From Heterodontus francisci (taxonomy: Eukaryota): DNA of 64,000 nt. The stretch spans positions 13,358,550-13,422,549 of the forward strand of contig NC_090404.1 of the NCBI RefSeq assembly GCF_036365525.1. The letters run 5' to 3'. The position numbers and the translations under genes were made by a program. This document shows positions 51,166 through 62,875 of the stretch, piece after piece (within the stretch, counting starts at the first letter, position 1; the number at the start of each line of letters is the position of its first letter). The notes under the pieces are model-generated. The model was not told the origin of the DNA. It did no database searches and worked only from the letters and a program-made list of their open reading frames with translations.

Positions 51166-52985
51166 AAGCTCTGCAGTCCTGCCACATCCAGTCATGAAAA
51201 GTGGCGAAAATGAAACAAATAACCAGACGAGTAGGCTGCAAAAACATCGTCATCCTCAATGGTGGGGAAATCAGTGCAAAAGACAAGACTATTTAGAGCC
51301 GTCTTCAGCCAGAAATGCTGAGTGAATGATTGATCTCAGTCTCCTCCTGAGGTCCCCAGCATCACAGATGCCAGTCTTCAGCTAATTCAATTCACTCCAC
51401 GTGATATTAACGAAACGGCTGAAGGCACTGACATCCCAGCTGCAGTGTGGAAGAACTTTGTCCCAGAACTGGACTTACCTCCAGCCAAGCTGTTCCAGTA
51501 CAGCTACAACACCAACAGCAACTACCCGGCAATGTGGAAAATTGTCCAGGTATCTCCTCTCCACAAAAAGCGAGACAAATCCAGTCCAGCCAATTACTGC
51601 CTCATCAGTCCATTTTCAAACATCAGCAAAGTACTCGAAGGTGTCATTGGCCGTGCTATCAAGTGGCACTTACTGAGTAACAACCTGCACACCGATGCTC
51701 AGTTTGGGTTCAGGCAGGGCTACTCGGCTCCAGACATCATGATAGCCTGGGGAATAAACCTGGACAAAGGAGTTGATTTCCAGAGGTGAGGCGGGAGTGA
51801 CTGCCTTTAACATCAAGGCAGCATTTGATCGAGTGTGGCATCAAAGAACTCTAGCCAAATTGAAGTCAATGGGAATCAGGGGCAAATTACTGCACTGGTT
51901 TTAGTCATACTTAGCACACATGGCTGTGGTTGTTAGAGGTCAATCATATCAGTCCTAGGAAATCATTGCAGGAGCTCCTGAGAGTGGTGTCCTAGGCCCG
52001 ACCATCTTCAGTTGCTTCATCAATTATTTTCTGCCCATCATATGGTCTGAAGTGCGTATGTTCACTGATGATTACAGTGTTCAGCACCATTCATGTCTCC
52101 TCAGATACTGAAGCAGTCTGTGCCCGCATGCAGCAAGATCTGGACAAACATTCAGGCTTGAGCTGATAAGTGACAAGTAACAGGGCGTCACACAAGTGCC
52201 AGGCAATGACCATACCCAGCAAGAGAGAATCTAACCATCTCCCCTTGACATTGAACAACATTACCATCTCTGAATCCCCCACCATCAACATCCTAGGAGT
52301 CAACACCAACAAGAAACCTAACTGGATCAGACATATAAACATCGTGAATAAAAGAGCAGGTCAGAGGCAGGGAATTCTATGGCGAGTAACTCACCTCCTG
52401 ACTTCCCAAAGCCTTTCTACCATCTACAAGACACATGTCAGGAGTTTGATGTAATGCTCTTTACTTTCCTGAATGCTGCAGCTCCAACAAAAAACAAAAA
52501 CCTCAAGAAGCTCGACACCATCCAGGACAAAGCAGCCTCCTTGATCAGCACTCCGTCCAGCACATTAAGCATTCATTCCCTCCACCACCGGCGCAAACTG
52601 GCATCTACAAGATGCACTGCGTCTTGTGTGTAGCATCTACAAAATGCACTGCAGTAACTCACCTCGCCTCCTTCACCAAGACCCTCCAAACCCGCGACCT
52701 CTACCACCTAGAAGTACAAGGGCAGCAGACGCATGGGAACACCACCGGCTCCAAGTTCCCCCCTTCATACCATACACCATCCCGAATGCGAGCTACAATT
52801 CCGTTCCTTCACTGTCGCTGGGCCAATATCCTGGAGCTCCTTTCCTAACAGCACGGCGGGTGTACCTCCACCCAATGGATTTTAGCGGTTCAAGAAGGCA
52901 GCTCACTACCACCACCAATTAGGGCTGGGCAGCCAATGTTGACCTTGTCAGAGACTCTCACATCCCATGAAAATAAAAAAAAGAA
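51166..52985 (+). mobile_element. Second LINE family (CR1/L2 group), RT and 3' end; its 5' part lies at about 46550-46670, split by the CR1 insertion
   Basis: PANYCLIS.FSNISKVLE, QFGFRQG, AFDRVWH; A-rich tail; ..SHNQWIRS (46670) joins KLCSPATSS (51166) in frame. Confidence 0.88.
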
Positions 52986-54584
52986 AGACCGCGGGTGTCC
53001 TTTTGAGAGAGAGAATCCCTGAGCAGATTGGAGACGGAATCCAGAAAAGCACAGGAGGTGGAGACCGCTCATTAACCAAAGACGGAGTGAACCAAAGAAA
53101 TGGAAAGAAGAAACTCGACCCCGTGGAAACGGGCGGACAATAAGTTTAACCCCCTGAGTGATAAATCACGATGAAGAAAATAAATTTTTATAATAGAAAG
53201 GGGGAGACTTTTATTCTGCAGCGTCTTTCAAGGCCTCGGGACGTCCAAAAGCGTCTTATAGGCAAGGAAATACTTTTCCGGTGTAGTCGCTGTTGCAATG
53301 CAGGAAATATTATTTGCAAGGAGGGAGGTGAGAATATTTAATTCTCTGACAGAAGTTTTTGTCAATCTGACTCTTGTGGATGTGAAGGGATTTGGAAGTC
53401 CAAATAATTCCAATTTGTCATCAATAGTAAAACAATATCCGGTCACAAACAATCGATACAATTGTCTGTCTATGACAAAACAATGACGTTGGATGAAAAA
53501 ACATTGATTACAACGCTTCACTGTCTCAGTCAACCGTGCCGTGACACCTGTAATTTACTCTCGCTGTAAATACACCGCCATGTGCGGTGTTACCACACAG
53601 AAGTATTTCCTGTAATCTCCAGCTGTCACCTGTGAAACCACGAAACTGACGACTCTGCAACTTTTAGCCAATGAGGAGGGGCTGGAGCGCCATCCAGTGG
53701 CGTCAGGCGGTAATGGAATCCTGTCTGACGCATTTGGATTCTCAATTTATCAGCGAAACTGCTGCCTGATCATATTGAACTATTATTATATTAGAGTACT
53801 GCAATTGTCATTGTTTTATTTTTATTATTATTGTAACTGCTGTCATTTTGTTGTTTTGCTCTTCCTGCCGTTGCTATTTTATATTAATTCTGAGGTTTCT
53901 TGTCTCAGTTTTCTGGTATGCCCAAGTCACTAACCTATTACATGCTCATTTGCATAGAGTAGAAGGACTTCACGGTATTAATTCTTCACTTCATCTGACT
54001 GGATTTATAATTTGGTAAGAATAGAAGCCTTTTGACCTCCCGAATTATCAAATGCGGAGATCAAGCAATATTCAGTAACTGCATGACGTGAAGATGATTA
54101 ATGTTTTGCTATTGAGGTTTAATCTGTATGTTGAATCAAACACTATATATATATATGTATATATATAATGTAAATCAATTTCATTGCATATCAAACAATG
54201 CCAGTCGGGAACATCAGGGTTAGGGCTAGGACTCGAGAAGACGGTAAAGCTCCCTGTGCACTGCCCAATGTCACACTCCCAGAGCAGGTACAGCACGGGG
54301 TTAGATACAGAGCAAAGCTCTCTCTGCACAGTCCCAACAAGCACTCCCAGGGCAGGTACAGCAGGTGATAATACACAGAGAGGTTCTGCCTGGATCGGGC
54401 CCGATGAGGCATGAAATGGTGAAAACAATAAAGGTAATTCCAAGTACACAGTAAGTATTATTTCATTATGTTAAAATAATGCCTCTGATAATGTCGTTAC
54501 GCATTTTAATTACCTGCTTTTACTTGTATCACACACGCCCTGGAACCCGTAAACCGGTCCTCTCCTCAGTTCCCGTGCCGACTG

Positions 54585-54623
54585 AGTTATTGTACAGCTT
54601 CCTCATCACTCTGCTTCACCGTG
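54585..54623 (-). other. 23-RSS (CACGGTG-23-ACAATAACT)
   Basis: Directly after YYSAVR. Confidence 0.88.
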
Positions 54624-54932
54624 TCTCACTGCACTGTAATACACCGCAGCGTCTGACAGCCCAGCCGTGTTAATGGTGAGCGTGGTGGAGCCTTTCTCAC
54701 TGTCCACAGATATTTTAAACCTTCCCTCAACTCTCTCATCTCTGTATGTGGAGAGGAGATACTGGGGAGCTTGATCGGAGAACTGCCGGTACCAGAATAT
54801 AGAATCAGCTGTAGTGAAAGTAGCGTTGTGATGAAGTGAAATATTTTCTCCTTCGGTCCCTTGATGCACCGATATTTTGAATGTCTCCGAGTGACAAGGA
54901 ACAGCTGTCAAAGCAAGAACAATAATTAACAT
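54624..54932 (-). CDS. TRAV/TRDV: TCR V segment, open frame but both canonical Cys replaced; no separate leader exon found (ORF or pseudogene)
   Basis: ENISLHHNATFTTADSIFWYRQFSDQAPQYLL..GRFKISVD..LSDAAVYYSAVR; acceptor tgacag at 54905; in-frame ATG at 54932 gives MLIIVLALTAVPCHS. Confidence 0.75.
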
Positions 54933-54999
54933 AATGATCTGTACAAGGGAAACTAAATACTCTGTGATTGATCCGGACAAAATAGACGAATCTACGCAT

Positions 55000-55130
55000 T
55001 GTCTATCTATCTGTCGATCTTTCTATCGATATATATTTTTATCTATCTATTCACCTATCTATACCTATCTCTCTATCTACATATATTAATCTACCTCCCT
55101 CTCTCTTTTGCGCTATTTATCTATCTATAT
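55000..55130. repeat. Imperfect (TCTA)n microsatellite
   Basis: Direct inspection. Confidence 0.7.
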
Positions 55131-55376
55131 CGGTATGTGTGATGCAGTTCCATGTCTTTCCATCTATTTACTCTGTATGTTGTCTAACTAAACACAGAAT
55201 ATCTTAGTTAACATATTTCGATGCACTGTAGCTGTAGTAACAGCTATAGGATGCTGTAATTTTATCCAGATGGAAGTTTAAACACGGGCAATTAACATTT
55301 CTGAATATCACCTGTACTTATAAATGACTTGGTTTGGGGAAAGGTGAACGGTGCAGCGGAGACACGGCAGCAAACA

Positions 55377-55415
55377 AGATATTGTGCAGCTGGATCCGCT
55401 CTTTGCCTCACTGTG
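55377..55415 (-). other. 23-RSS (CACAGTG-23-ACAATATCT)
   Basis: Directly after YYCASG. Confidence 0.9.
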
Positions 55416-55843
55416 TCCCACTGGCACAGTAATACAGTCCGGCGTCCAGGGCCGTGGTGTCATCTATAGAGATGGTGTTGGACTTCTTTACTCGGTCCAA
55501 GGACAGTGTGTAGCGTCCAGTAGTCTCAGTCCCCTGGTATATGGAGCCGATAAATGTCGGGGCCCCGGTCAGTGTTTGTCTGTACCAGGCTACGGTATCC
55601 CCAGTAGCAATGGAGAGCCGGCAGTCCAGTTCAGCCCGTTCACCTTCCCGAGACACCACCTGCTCAGGGTCTGAGCTCTGATCCTCACACCGAACGGCTG
55701 TGAACAAAACAAAATCACTCAACAACCGCGAGATATTAAGAGTTTGATGAAACAAGGTGTCTGATCAGATAAATAAACTCACACAACATCAAAAGCACCA
55801 GAACTCCAACTGGAAGCAGGTTTTTGTGGAGGTTTCTGTTCAT
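55416..55843 (-). CDS. TRAV/TRDV: TCR V segment, apparently functional
   Basis: Leader 55783-55843 MNRNLHKNLLPVGVLVLLML (gtgagt); V exon 55416-55697 ..REGERAELDC..VAWYRQ..DAGLYYCASG. Confidence 0.92.
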
Positions 55844-57504
55844 GATGGTGAAGATGGACAAAAGGTGGATCAATCAGGGTCTGATTTCCAGACTAGGACT
55901 TGCTGCCGAGTCCCAGGCTCTCAATGGTGAGGAGGGGGAGGCGAGGGGAGAGCTTTACATTCTCCTCGTACAGTGTGAGACTGATGGGCGACATTCACCA
56001 ATCGGACAATAGGGGATGTCGTCACCTGACGTTATTCACTGTGACTCTCAGTGATTGGCTGTTTCTCAAACCTTAGACCTCTTGAACCGTCGCTGGGAGG
56101 GAATTTATCTTGTCGCTGTATAAAGCAACAGGGAAATTTGATTTCTGTCGTCTTTCTACTTCAAAAAGTCATTCTTAGCCTTGGAATCATAAACACTGAC
56201 ATCACAGAGGCCATTCGGCCACCACTCTGTTGCTGCCTCTGTGAAAGAGCTGTCCACATAAACCCAATTCATCTGCCTGTTCCCTACATCTTATACATTT
56301 CAAAAAAAAAAATCACTTTTCAAACTGTTATTCACTTGGCTGTTAAACGTGCCCACCAGTGTTTCCATCCTATTTCTCGTTGGTTCATCTCATTCCTTAA
56401 CAATGCCGCGCTGAAAAATGCAACAATTTACTAAACTCTCCCTCCGTTTAATTCGTGGTGATCTGAAATGTCGCCCTCAAGTGATCCACTGAACAAGCAG
56501 TCATCCAGTTTGTTTTTCACCTTTTCCTCAACTTTCCTAATTATGAGCCCTGTCTGTCACAGCATTTCCGCTCTGGTGAAAACATCCTCAGTTCCTCAAG
56601 TCTCCGCTCAGAAATCTCGACTCTCACCACCCCCCCCCCCCCCCCCCCCCCCCGCTTCATATTTTGTCCATGAATTGTAACATCTTTCTAAAGAAGGGAC
56701 CAGAACCTGGATTAAATATTCCAACTGCAGCCTCACCAATGATGTGCAGATTTACCATCGTTTCTGTGCGTTTTAAAATCTGTGCTCCTCTATCAATTTT
56801 AGATTATTTAACCCCGTCACAGCAGCCCCACGTTCCCCACGTTTTGTCTCTGAACCCCGAATTCTCTGCTCCTCCTTTCCTCATTTAAATTAATATTTTC
56901 TTATTCGTTATTTGCCTGCTTTACATTTACTATAATGTCGGTATGGTTTATATGGTTTCATTGCGTGAGACAATCAGAAACCACAAGTTTTGATTATAAT
57001 TTTCGAACCACTACCTCTGTTCTACTTTTGACATTGATTGTCCTTTTTGGCCCTGTGTCTTAGATGAATCTTCCTAATGGGGCAGGCGCGCCACCTGGTG
57101 GCGATTTGAGGTAAATTTTGCCTGTCGAATTTGTCAAACTTGGCATTCAGTCCTGACTTATTTGTAGTGATTTGTTTATTAATTTTACTATGAAGAGAAT
57201 GTTTACCACCGAAAAAAATCAGCCTAACACGCATGTAAATATTGTGGCAACTTACACTATAATTTATTTGATTTGACGTGATACAAATTAAAAATGAATA
57301 AAATGTTTTCAAATTAGTTCCAGGAATATCGGAATCAATGTCAAGACCGGTGCTTATTAAACATCCCTATTTTTTTTCTCACGACGCTCTGGAACTGTAT
57401 AGTGAGTTTTTAATGGTACCATCAGATTGGACGTGTCCCAGGCAACTCACGGCTGCCGGGTAGCCTCAGCCCCACTGGGATTCGTACAAGTGCGTCCTGT
57501 TTGA

Positions 57505-57700
57505 TTTGATTTTGATTTAGAGATACAGCACTGAAACAGGCCCTTCGGCCCACCGAGTCTGTGCCGACCATTAACCACCCATTTATACTAATCCTACACT
57601 AATCCCATATTCCTACCACATCCTCACCTGTCCCTGTCCCTATATTCCCCTACCACCTACCTATACTAGGGGCAATTTATAATGGCCAATTTACCTACCT
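57505..57700 (-). mobile_element. tRNA-SINE 3' half
   Basis: Reverse complement of 2180-2335. Confidence 0.75.
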
Positions 57701-58324
57701 GTTAAGCTGGCGACACCAGCAACCTTTCCTTAATTCTTTAGATTTTTGATGAAATGGTCCAAAATGACAATATTTCAATTTTGCAGTTTGTTTTCACGGT
57801 CGCTCCTGAAAACAGTTGGGTGACAATTTGAGCAGAGTTTAATTTAGTTTCTAATCGGTGTGTGTTTGAGCGCTTGATGCCTCAAATTGCTGAAGGATGT
57901 TGTGACATGATTAATGTCGCATTCTTCTCGTTCCTGTTTTTACAAATATAATATACTTTAATGCAGTTGAACATATGCAGAGTCAATACCAACTTCAGTT
58001 TAAATCTTGGTGATTCCCTTTCATTATTTTTAACATTCCAGACACATTGGTTAAATTATATTTGTTTTAAACAATATAAAACCACAGAGATCCCGATTAG
58101 ATGCTGATTCTTCAAAACTCGCACATACAAAGGATACAAATATGACTCCTGATTCACACCTATACTATATACTGTGGGATTTTAATGTAACTGCTTCGAT
58201 TTGGAACTTGCCTGTGAGTTTGTGTTATTACATTCTATCTATTATATCTGCTCCTATTAGTACAACACTTTGGGGAACTCGTTGAAACGGGGAATATGCA
58301 AATTGGATTTCCTATACTCTGCAT

Positions 58325-58600
58325 AGAGTTATACAGCACAGGAACAGGCCCTTCGCCCCATCGTGTCTGTGCCGACTATCAAGCACCATTCTAATCCCAT
58401 TTTCCAGCACTTGGCCCCGTAGCCTTGTATGCTATGGCGTTTCAAGTGCTCATCTAAATAATTCTTAAATGTTGTGAAGGTTCCTGCCTCTACCACCCCT
58501 TCAGGCAGTGCGTTCCAGATTCCAACCACCCTCTGGGTGATTTTCCCCCCTCAAATCCCCGCTAAACCGCCTGCCCCTTAACTTAAATCTATGCCTATGC
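58325..58600 (-). mobile_element. CR1 3' fragment
   Basis: VGIWNALPEGVVEAGT..FKNYLDEHL; very similar to 42500-42780. Confidence 0.85.
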
Positions 58601-58725
58601 ACTGTCAAGAAACACGGTAGAAGGTGATAGGGACAGAAAAAGTAAGAGAGAGGTTCAGAGACGAAGAGATGGGTGATAGAGATACAGAGAAACCGAATGA
58701 CAGATAGATAGACAGATACCGAGAC

Positions 58726-58760
<35 letters not shown>

Positions 58761-59012
58761 TGAAGACACAGAGGAAGACAGCAGGAGAAAGAGAAACTGT
58801 CTGAGGCAGTAATTGGGCTGTAAGTTACGCTGATTGGAGCCCAACTGTCATCAGTTCTGAGCGACCAGCCAATCCTGCCCCTGGGAAACGCCCCTGAGTT
58901 TCTCAATACGTCAAATCTCTCCCTGATCTGAGTTTCCCCTTTCATATCAGACTTGAACTGTTAACATATTTGAAACATTCTGTTGTTTCTGCGGAACTCT
59001 GAAGCAGACACC

Positions 59013-59447
59013 ATGTGCTCGCTATGTTCCTTACTGATAATATTTGTCGTGCTGCTTGGTGAGTCTATGTTTAAATGGTCAGTGTCTGATCCATGGGTTA
59101 TATCCACTCAGAGATATTTGATACATTATGTATTTTGTTACAGGAACCAGTGGAGAAGATTCAGTATCCCAGGATCCGCCTGAACTAACGGTTTTGGAAG
59201 GACAGACCATAATACTGAACTGTGGTTACTCTACAGCTGGTATTCCAACACTGTTCTGGTACATCCAGTATCCCGGGGAATCTCTGAGATATTTGATGAA
59301 GATATATAGCTCGGGGAAGGGAAATCCGTCTCCAGATTTCCCAGGCAGATTCTCTGCTGTTTTGCAGAAAGGAAACAACACGGTTCCTTTAAATATCGCC
59401 GGGGTTCTTCTCTCCGACACGGCAGTATATTTCTGTGCCATGAACCC
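59013..59447 (+). CDS. TRAV/TRDV: TCR alpha/delta V segment, apparently functional
   Basis: Leader 59013-59058 MCSLCSLLIIFVVLL (gtgagt); V exon 59144-59447 GTSGEDSVSQDPPELTVLEGQTIILNC..LFWYIQYPG..DTAVYFCAMN. Confidence 0.94.
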
Positions 59448-59487
59448 CACACTGCTGCAGAGATATAGCAGGTCCCGGACAAAAACC
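59448..59487 (+). other. RSS with 24-nt spacer (CACACTG-24-ACAAAAACC)
   Basis: Counted spacer 59455-59478. Confidence 0.85.
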
Positions 59488-60148
59488 CACACTGAGATTT
59501 CCAGTTAGAGCTCAGCAGAGGGCGCTCTCACACCGATAAACAGTAGCAATAAGTCAGCCTCCACCGTGAGAGTCACAGGGATCGACTTAAAATATAACGA
59601 AACTCACAACGCTCAACAGGAATAGGCGAGGACCACTTGCGAATTCACAATAATTGATTTCATCTGAACCATAACTAAACTTCACAAATTCTTTTGCGGC
59701 GTGTTAACTCACTTTTTGTCTTTCGATGTCCTTTCCTCCCCGGTCTGAATTATTGTGCAACCCTTTCCCCATCTCCGCTGTCAGTTTCTCTATCCCTTTG
59801 ATCAGAGCATGTTGTTAGTTCACAGACAGTTAGTGCAAAATTAACACATTTCACAAGGTAGTGAATTCACTCTTTAGAACAAGGAACCGGGCGCATATTT
59901 CCATCGATGACCATCGTCCTTTCGAATACCATTTGAATGTTTTAATGTTTTCTGACACCATTCCGCCTGACAATAACCAGGCCAAGTTTTGAATCCCAAA
60001 CACTCTCCAAATGTGTAACAATTTCTCCTACAAGGACACTGCCTGCAGCCCAGTTCCATTCACTGGCATCCAGCTTACCACATGGCGATCTTACAGCACC
60101 ACTGGGGACACAAGGAAGTGAGGTGAGAGAATCCTATGTTTTTGACAG

Positions 60149-60372
60149 GAACGAGTGGCGCAGATTCAGTGTCTCAGGTGACAGTCTGAGGGAACGGTTC
60201 CACAAGAACAGACCATAATAAAAGCTGAGTATTTCCAGCACTTCCTGTTTTTAGAACAGGCCGCAATGTCCAGCTAAAGTTACCCCACATCTGATAGTTT
60301 ACTCCGCCCACCTTTATTTGTTCGCCACTATTTCGGGTAATCCCCGAGATATTTACTGAGGCAATACAACTC
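60149..60372 (+). pseudogene. TRAV/TRDV: TCR V remnant (5' half), same family as the 35 and 59 kb V genes
   Basis: Acceptor tttgacag then GTSGADSVSQ; later YFG*SPRYLLRQY; small repeat insertion at about 60220-60252; no 3' half or RSS. Confidence 0.7.
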
Positions 60373-60799
60373 CTTGATACAGAAACCTGACAGTCTTTGT
60401 TCTCCGTGAGCCTTGGTATTCGAGCCTTCTCGATTAGTATTGACTTGTGAGGAAGTATCCATTCTCCAACTGTTTACTGGTTACCAAATGTTATTGCTTC
60501 TGTTTATCGGTTTGAAAGCGCCCTATGCCGAGCACGAACTGGACTCTTAGTGTTAGGACAGGAGTATCAGGATTATTATATTATTCAATAATAAACGAAA
60601 TCTTCCTCAGTGAAGTCGGTTTAAACCAGGGTTGAATCTATGGGTTGCAGGAGCTCTGAATTATGGTACAGAGAAGTTGCAAAAGTTCATATCTGTAAAC
60701 TAAAGACTGGATGAAGGAAATGTATACAATTATGGGTGAAAAGTGGAAACAAGTTGGCAGGGAAAGGCATCAAAAGGCAAAAGGGGAGTTAAAAGGGAA

Positions 60800-61200
60800 A
60801 CGGTGGCCTTGTGCAGTGTCACAGGGCTGGTAATTCAGCAGTCCACTCAGTCTAATGTCCTGGGGGCATGCGTTCAAATCCCGCCATGGTAGCTGGTGAA
60901 ATTTAAAATCAATGAATTAATAAAATAGGGCATTGAAAGCTAGTCTCAATAATGGCGCCATGGAACTATGATTGATTGTTGTAACAGCTCATCTGGTTCG
61001 TTAATGTCCTTTAAGGAAGGACATCTGCTGCCCTTACCTGGTCTGCCCTACGTCTGAGTCCAGAACCACAGCAATGTGGTTGACTCTTGACTGCCCTGTG
61101 AAATGGCTTAACAAGCCACTTAGTTGTCAAAGGCAATTAGGGATGGGCCGCAAATGCTGGCCTTGTCAGTGACGCCCACATCCCATGAAACAATATAAAA
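60800..61200 (+). mobile_element. tRNA-derived SINE whose 3' tail is shared with the LINE at 51.2-53.0 kb
   Basis: gttcaaatccc B-box-like motif; tail caattaggg.tggg...ccttgtcag.gac.c.cacatcccatgaaa matches 52916-52972. Confidence 0.75.
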
Positions 61201-61419
61201 GGCATCATAGATCGATTTGTAAAGGTCATTTTATTTTCATTGTAAGTTGCAAACACAAACTGATATAAGTGTGCAAGTAGACGTCGCCTGTTGCTTCGGA
61301 GTGCTTTTTCTTCCCTATGTAAGAATCCCTGTGACTCTCACAGGGTGAGGCTGAATTATCTCTTCTGTTGATCGGTGTTTGAGCGCCCTCTGGTGAGCAC
61401 TAACTGGAATTCTCATGTT

Positions 61420-61748
61420 TTTTTTGGGTCCAGGATCCACTTTCTCTCTGGTGGGCTAGATAGCACAGAAATGCACGGCGCTGTCGGACATCAGGCTGTT
61501 CCCGATCATTAGCTCGTTAATCTTGGTTGTTTTATTAAATGCAGAAGTAAACCTATCAGTGATGTCGGTGTTCTTTACCACATTCCCTCCAATAAGACAA
61601 AGAATGTAGTGTGGAATCTGCCCGGGGTTCTGACTGTACCAGTACACATAGGATTAGAAGCGCTTGTTTTCAAGCTGCAGGTCAGTGTGACGTCACTTTC
61701 CTCTTCAGCAGTTATTTCAGCAACCGACTCTGTCCTGGTGGCTCCATT
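61420..61748 (-). pseudogene. TRAV/TRDV: TCR V pseudogene
   Basis: ITAEEESDVTLTCSL, frameshift in CDR1, YWYSQNPGQIPHYIL..DRFTSAF..SDSAVHFCAI*; degenerate, shortened RSS. Confidence 0.85.
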
Positions 61749-62299
61749 CTAACATAAAAAAGTAACGGCACCAATCAGCATCAGCATCATCTTGATCAAC
61801 ACAACCGTCATCACCACCATCACTATTGTTTTACCAGTAATAACATCCGGGTTACAGCAGTCTGGGGGAGAATGGATTTTTACTGGGGAGGAATTTACTG
61901 ACTGAGAAGTGATAGAATGATGAGAAGCGCTGAGAGGCGGTTCCCCATGATACTTCCTGAATCCGTAACTCTGCGGTGCAGGAAATTCTCTGTCAGATCA
62001 GAAATGCAGATCCCAGTCCCACTGCACTGCTGATCCAACCAATGACAAGAATTGACCAGCGGCAGCTATCTCTCCAATAACACAATCGGGTCAGAGCGAG
62101 AGCAGCAAACGGAAGCTGTGGGCGGAGATACCGCAAGGCTCAAAACTGAGCGAAGGGTGCGGCGACACTCAGCTGCACTCGGAACTGATGGAGCGGAAAT
62201 AGCGACAGTTGAACCTCCGGAAGTCTGTGTTCATCCCTGCACCTGCTCACTGTGGAAGGGACGTTAAGGAACTCGAACGGAACGGAATGAGGCCATGCG

Positions 62300-62830
62300 G
62301 CCTATCTTACATGTACTACTTTGAAAGAGTTCTCCAATTCATCGTTCACTCTGCTCATTTTCCACAAAGCCCGGCATTATATTTCCTTTTCAAGTTATAT
62401 TCAATTCCCTTTTGAAAGTTACTGTTCTTCTGCCACCCTTTTAGACAGTTTTCCAGATTTTAACAATTCGCAGTGCAATAAACACATCTAATCTTTCCTT
62501 GCCTTTCGTTAATCAATTCTCTTAAATCCGGATGCCTGGGTTATCGAATTTTCTGCTAGTGGAAACAGTTACATGTGATCTACTCTATCAAATCCACTTA
62601 TATATTTGAAAATATCAATTAAGTCTCTCCTTAAACTTCTTTGACACAAGGAGAACAATCCCAGTTTCTCCAATCTGTTCGCCTAAAAGTCCCTCATCCC
62701 TGCTACCAATCTGGTGTATCTGTGCCGCACTTTCTCCAATGTCTTGACATTCTTTCTCATTAGCAGTGTCGACAATTGGATACAGAGCTCTAACTGATGT
62801 TTAAACAATGTTTTATAAAGGTTTTGTATC
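62300..62830 (-). mobile_element. Degraded CR1 3' fragment
   Basis: aaggagaacaatcccag..ccctcatccctg.. pattern as in the other CR1 copies. Confidence 0.6.
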
Positions 62831-62875
62831 ACATTCTGGCATAAACATCAGCAAAAGCAAAGTCTGGGTATACTA

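Noticed and set aside
15700-62000. NAR-TCR cassette, IgH V, or D/J/C segments
   Set aside because: No 12-RSS-flanked D, no FGxG/WGxG J with donor, no C exon, no octamer promoter and no VNAR-type exon were found.
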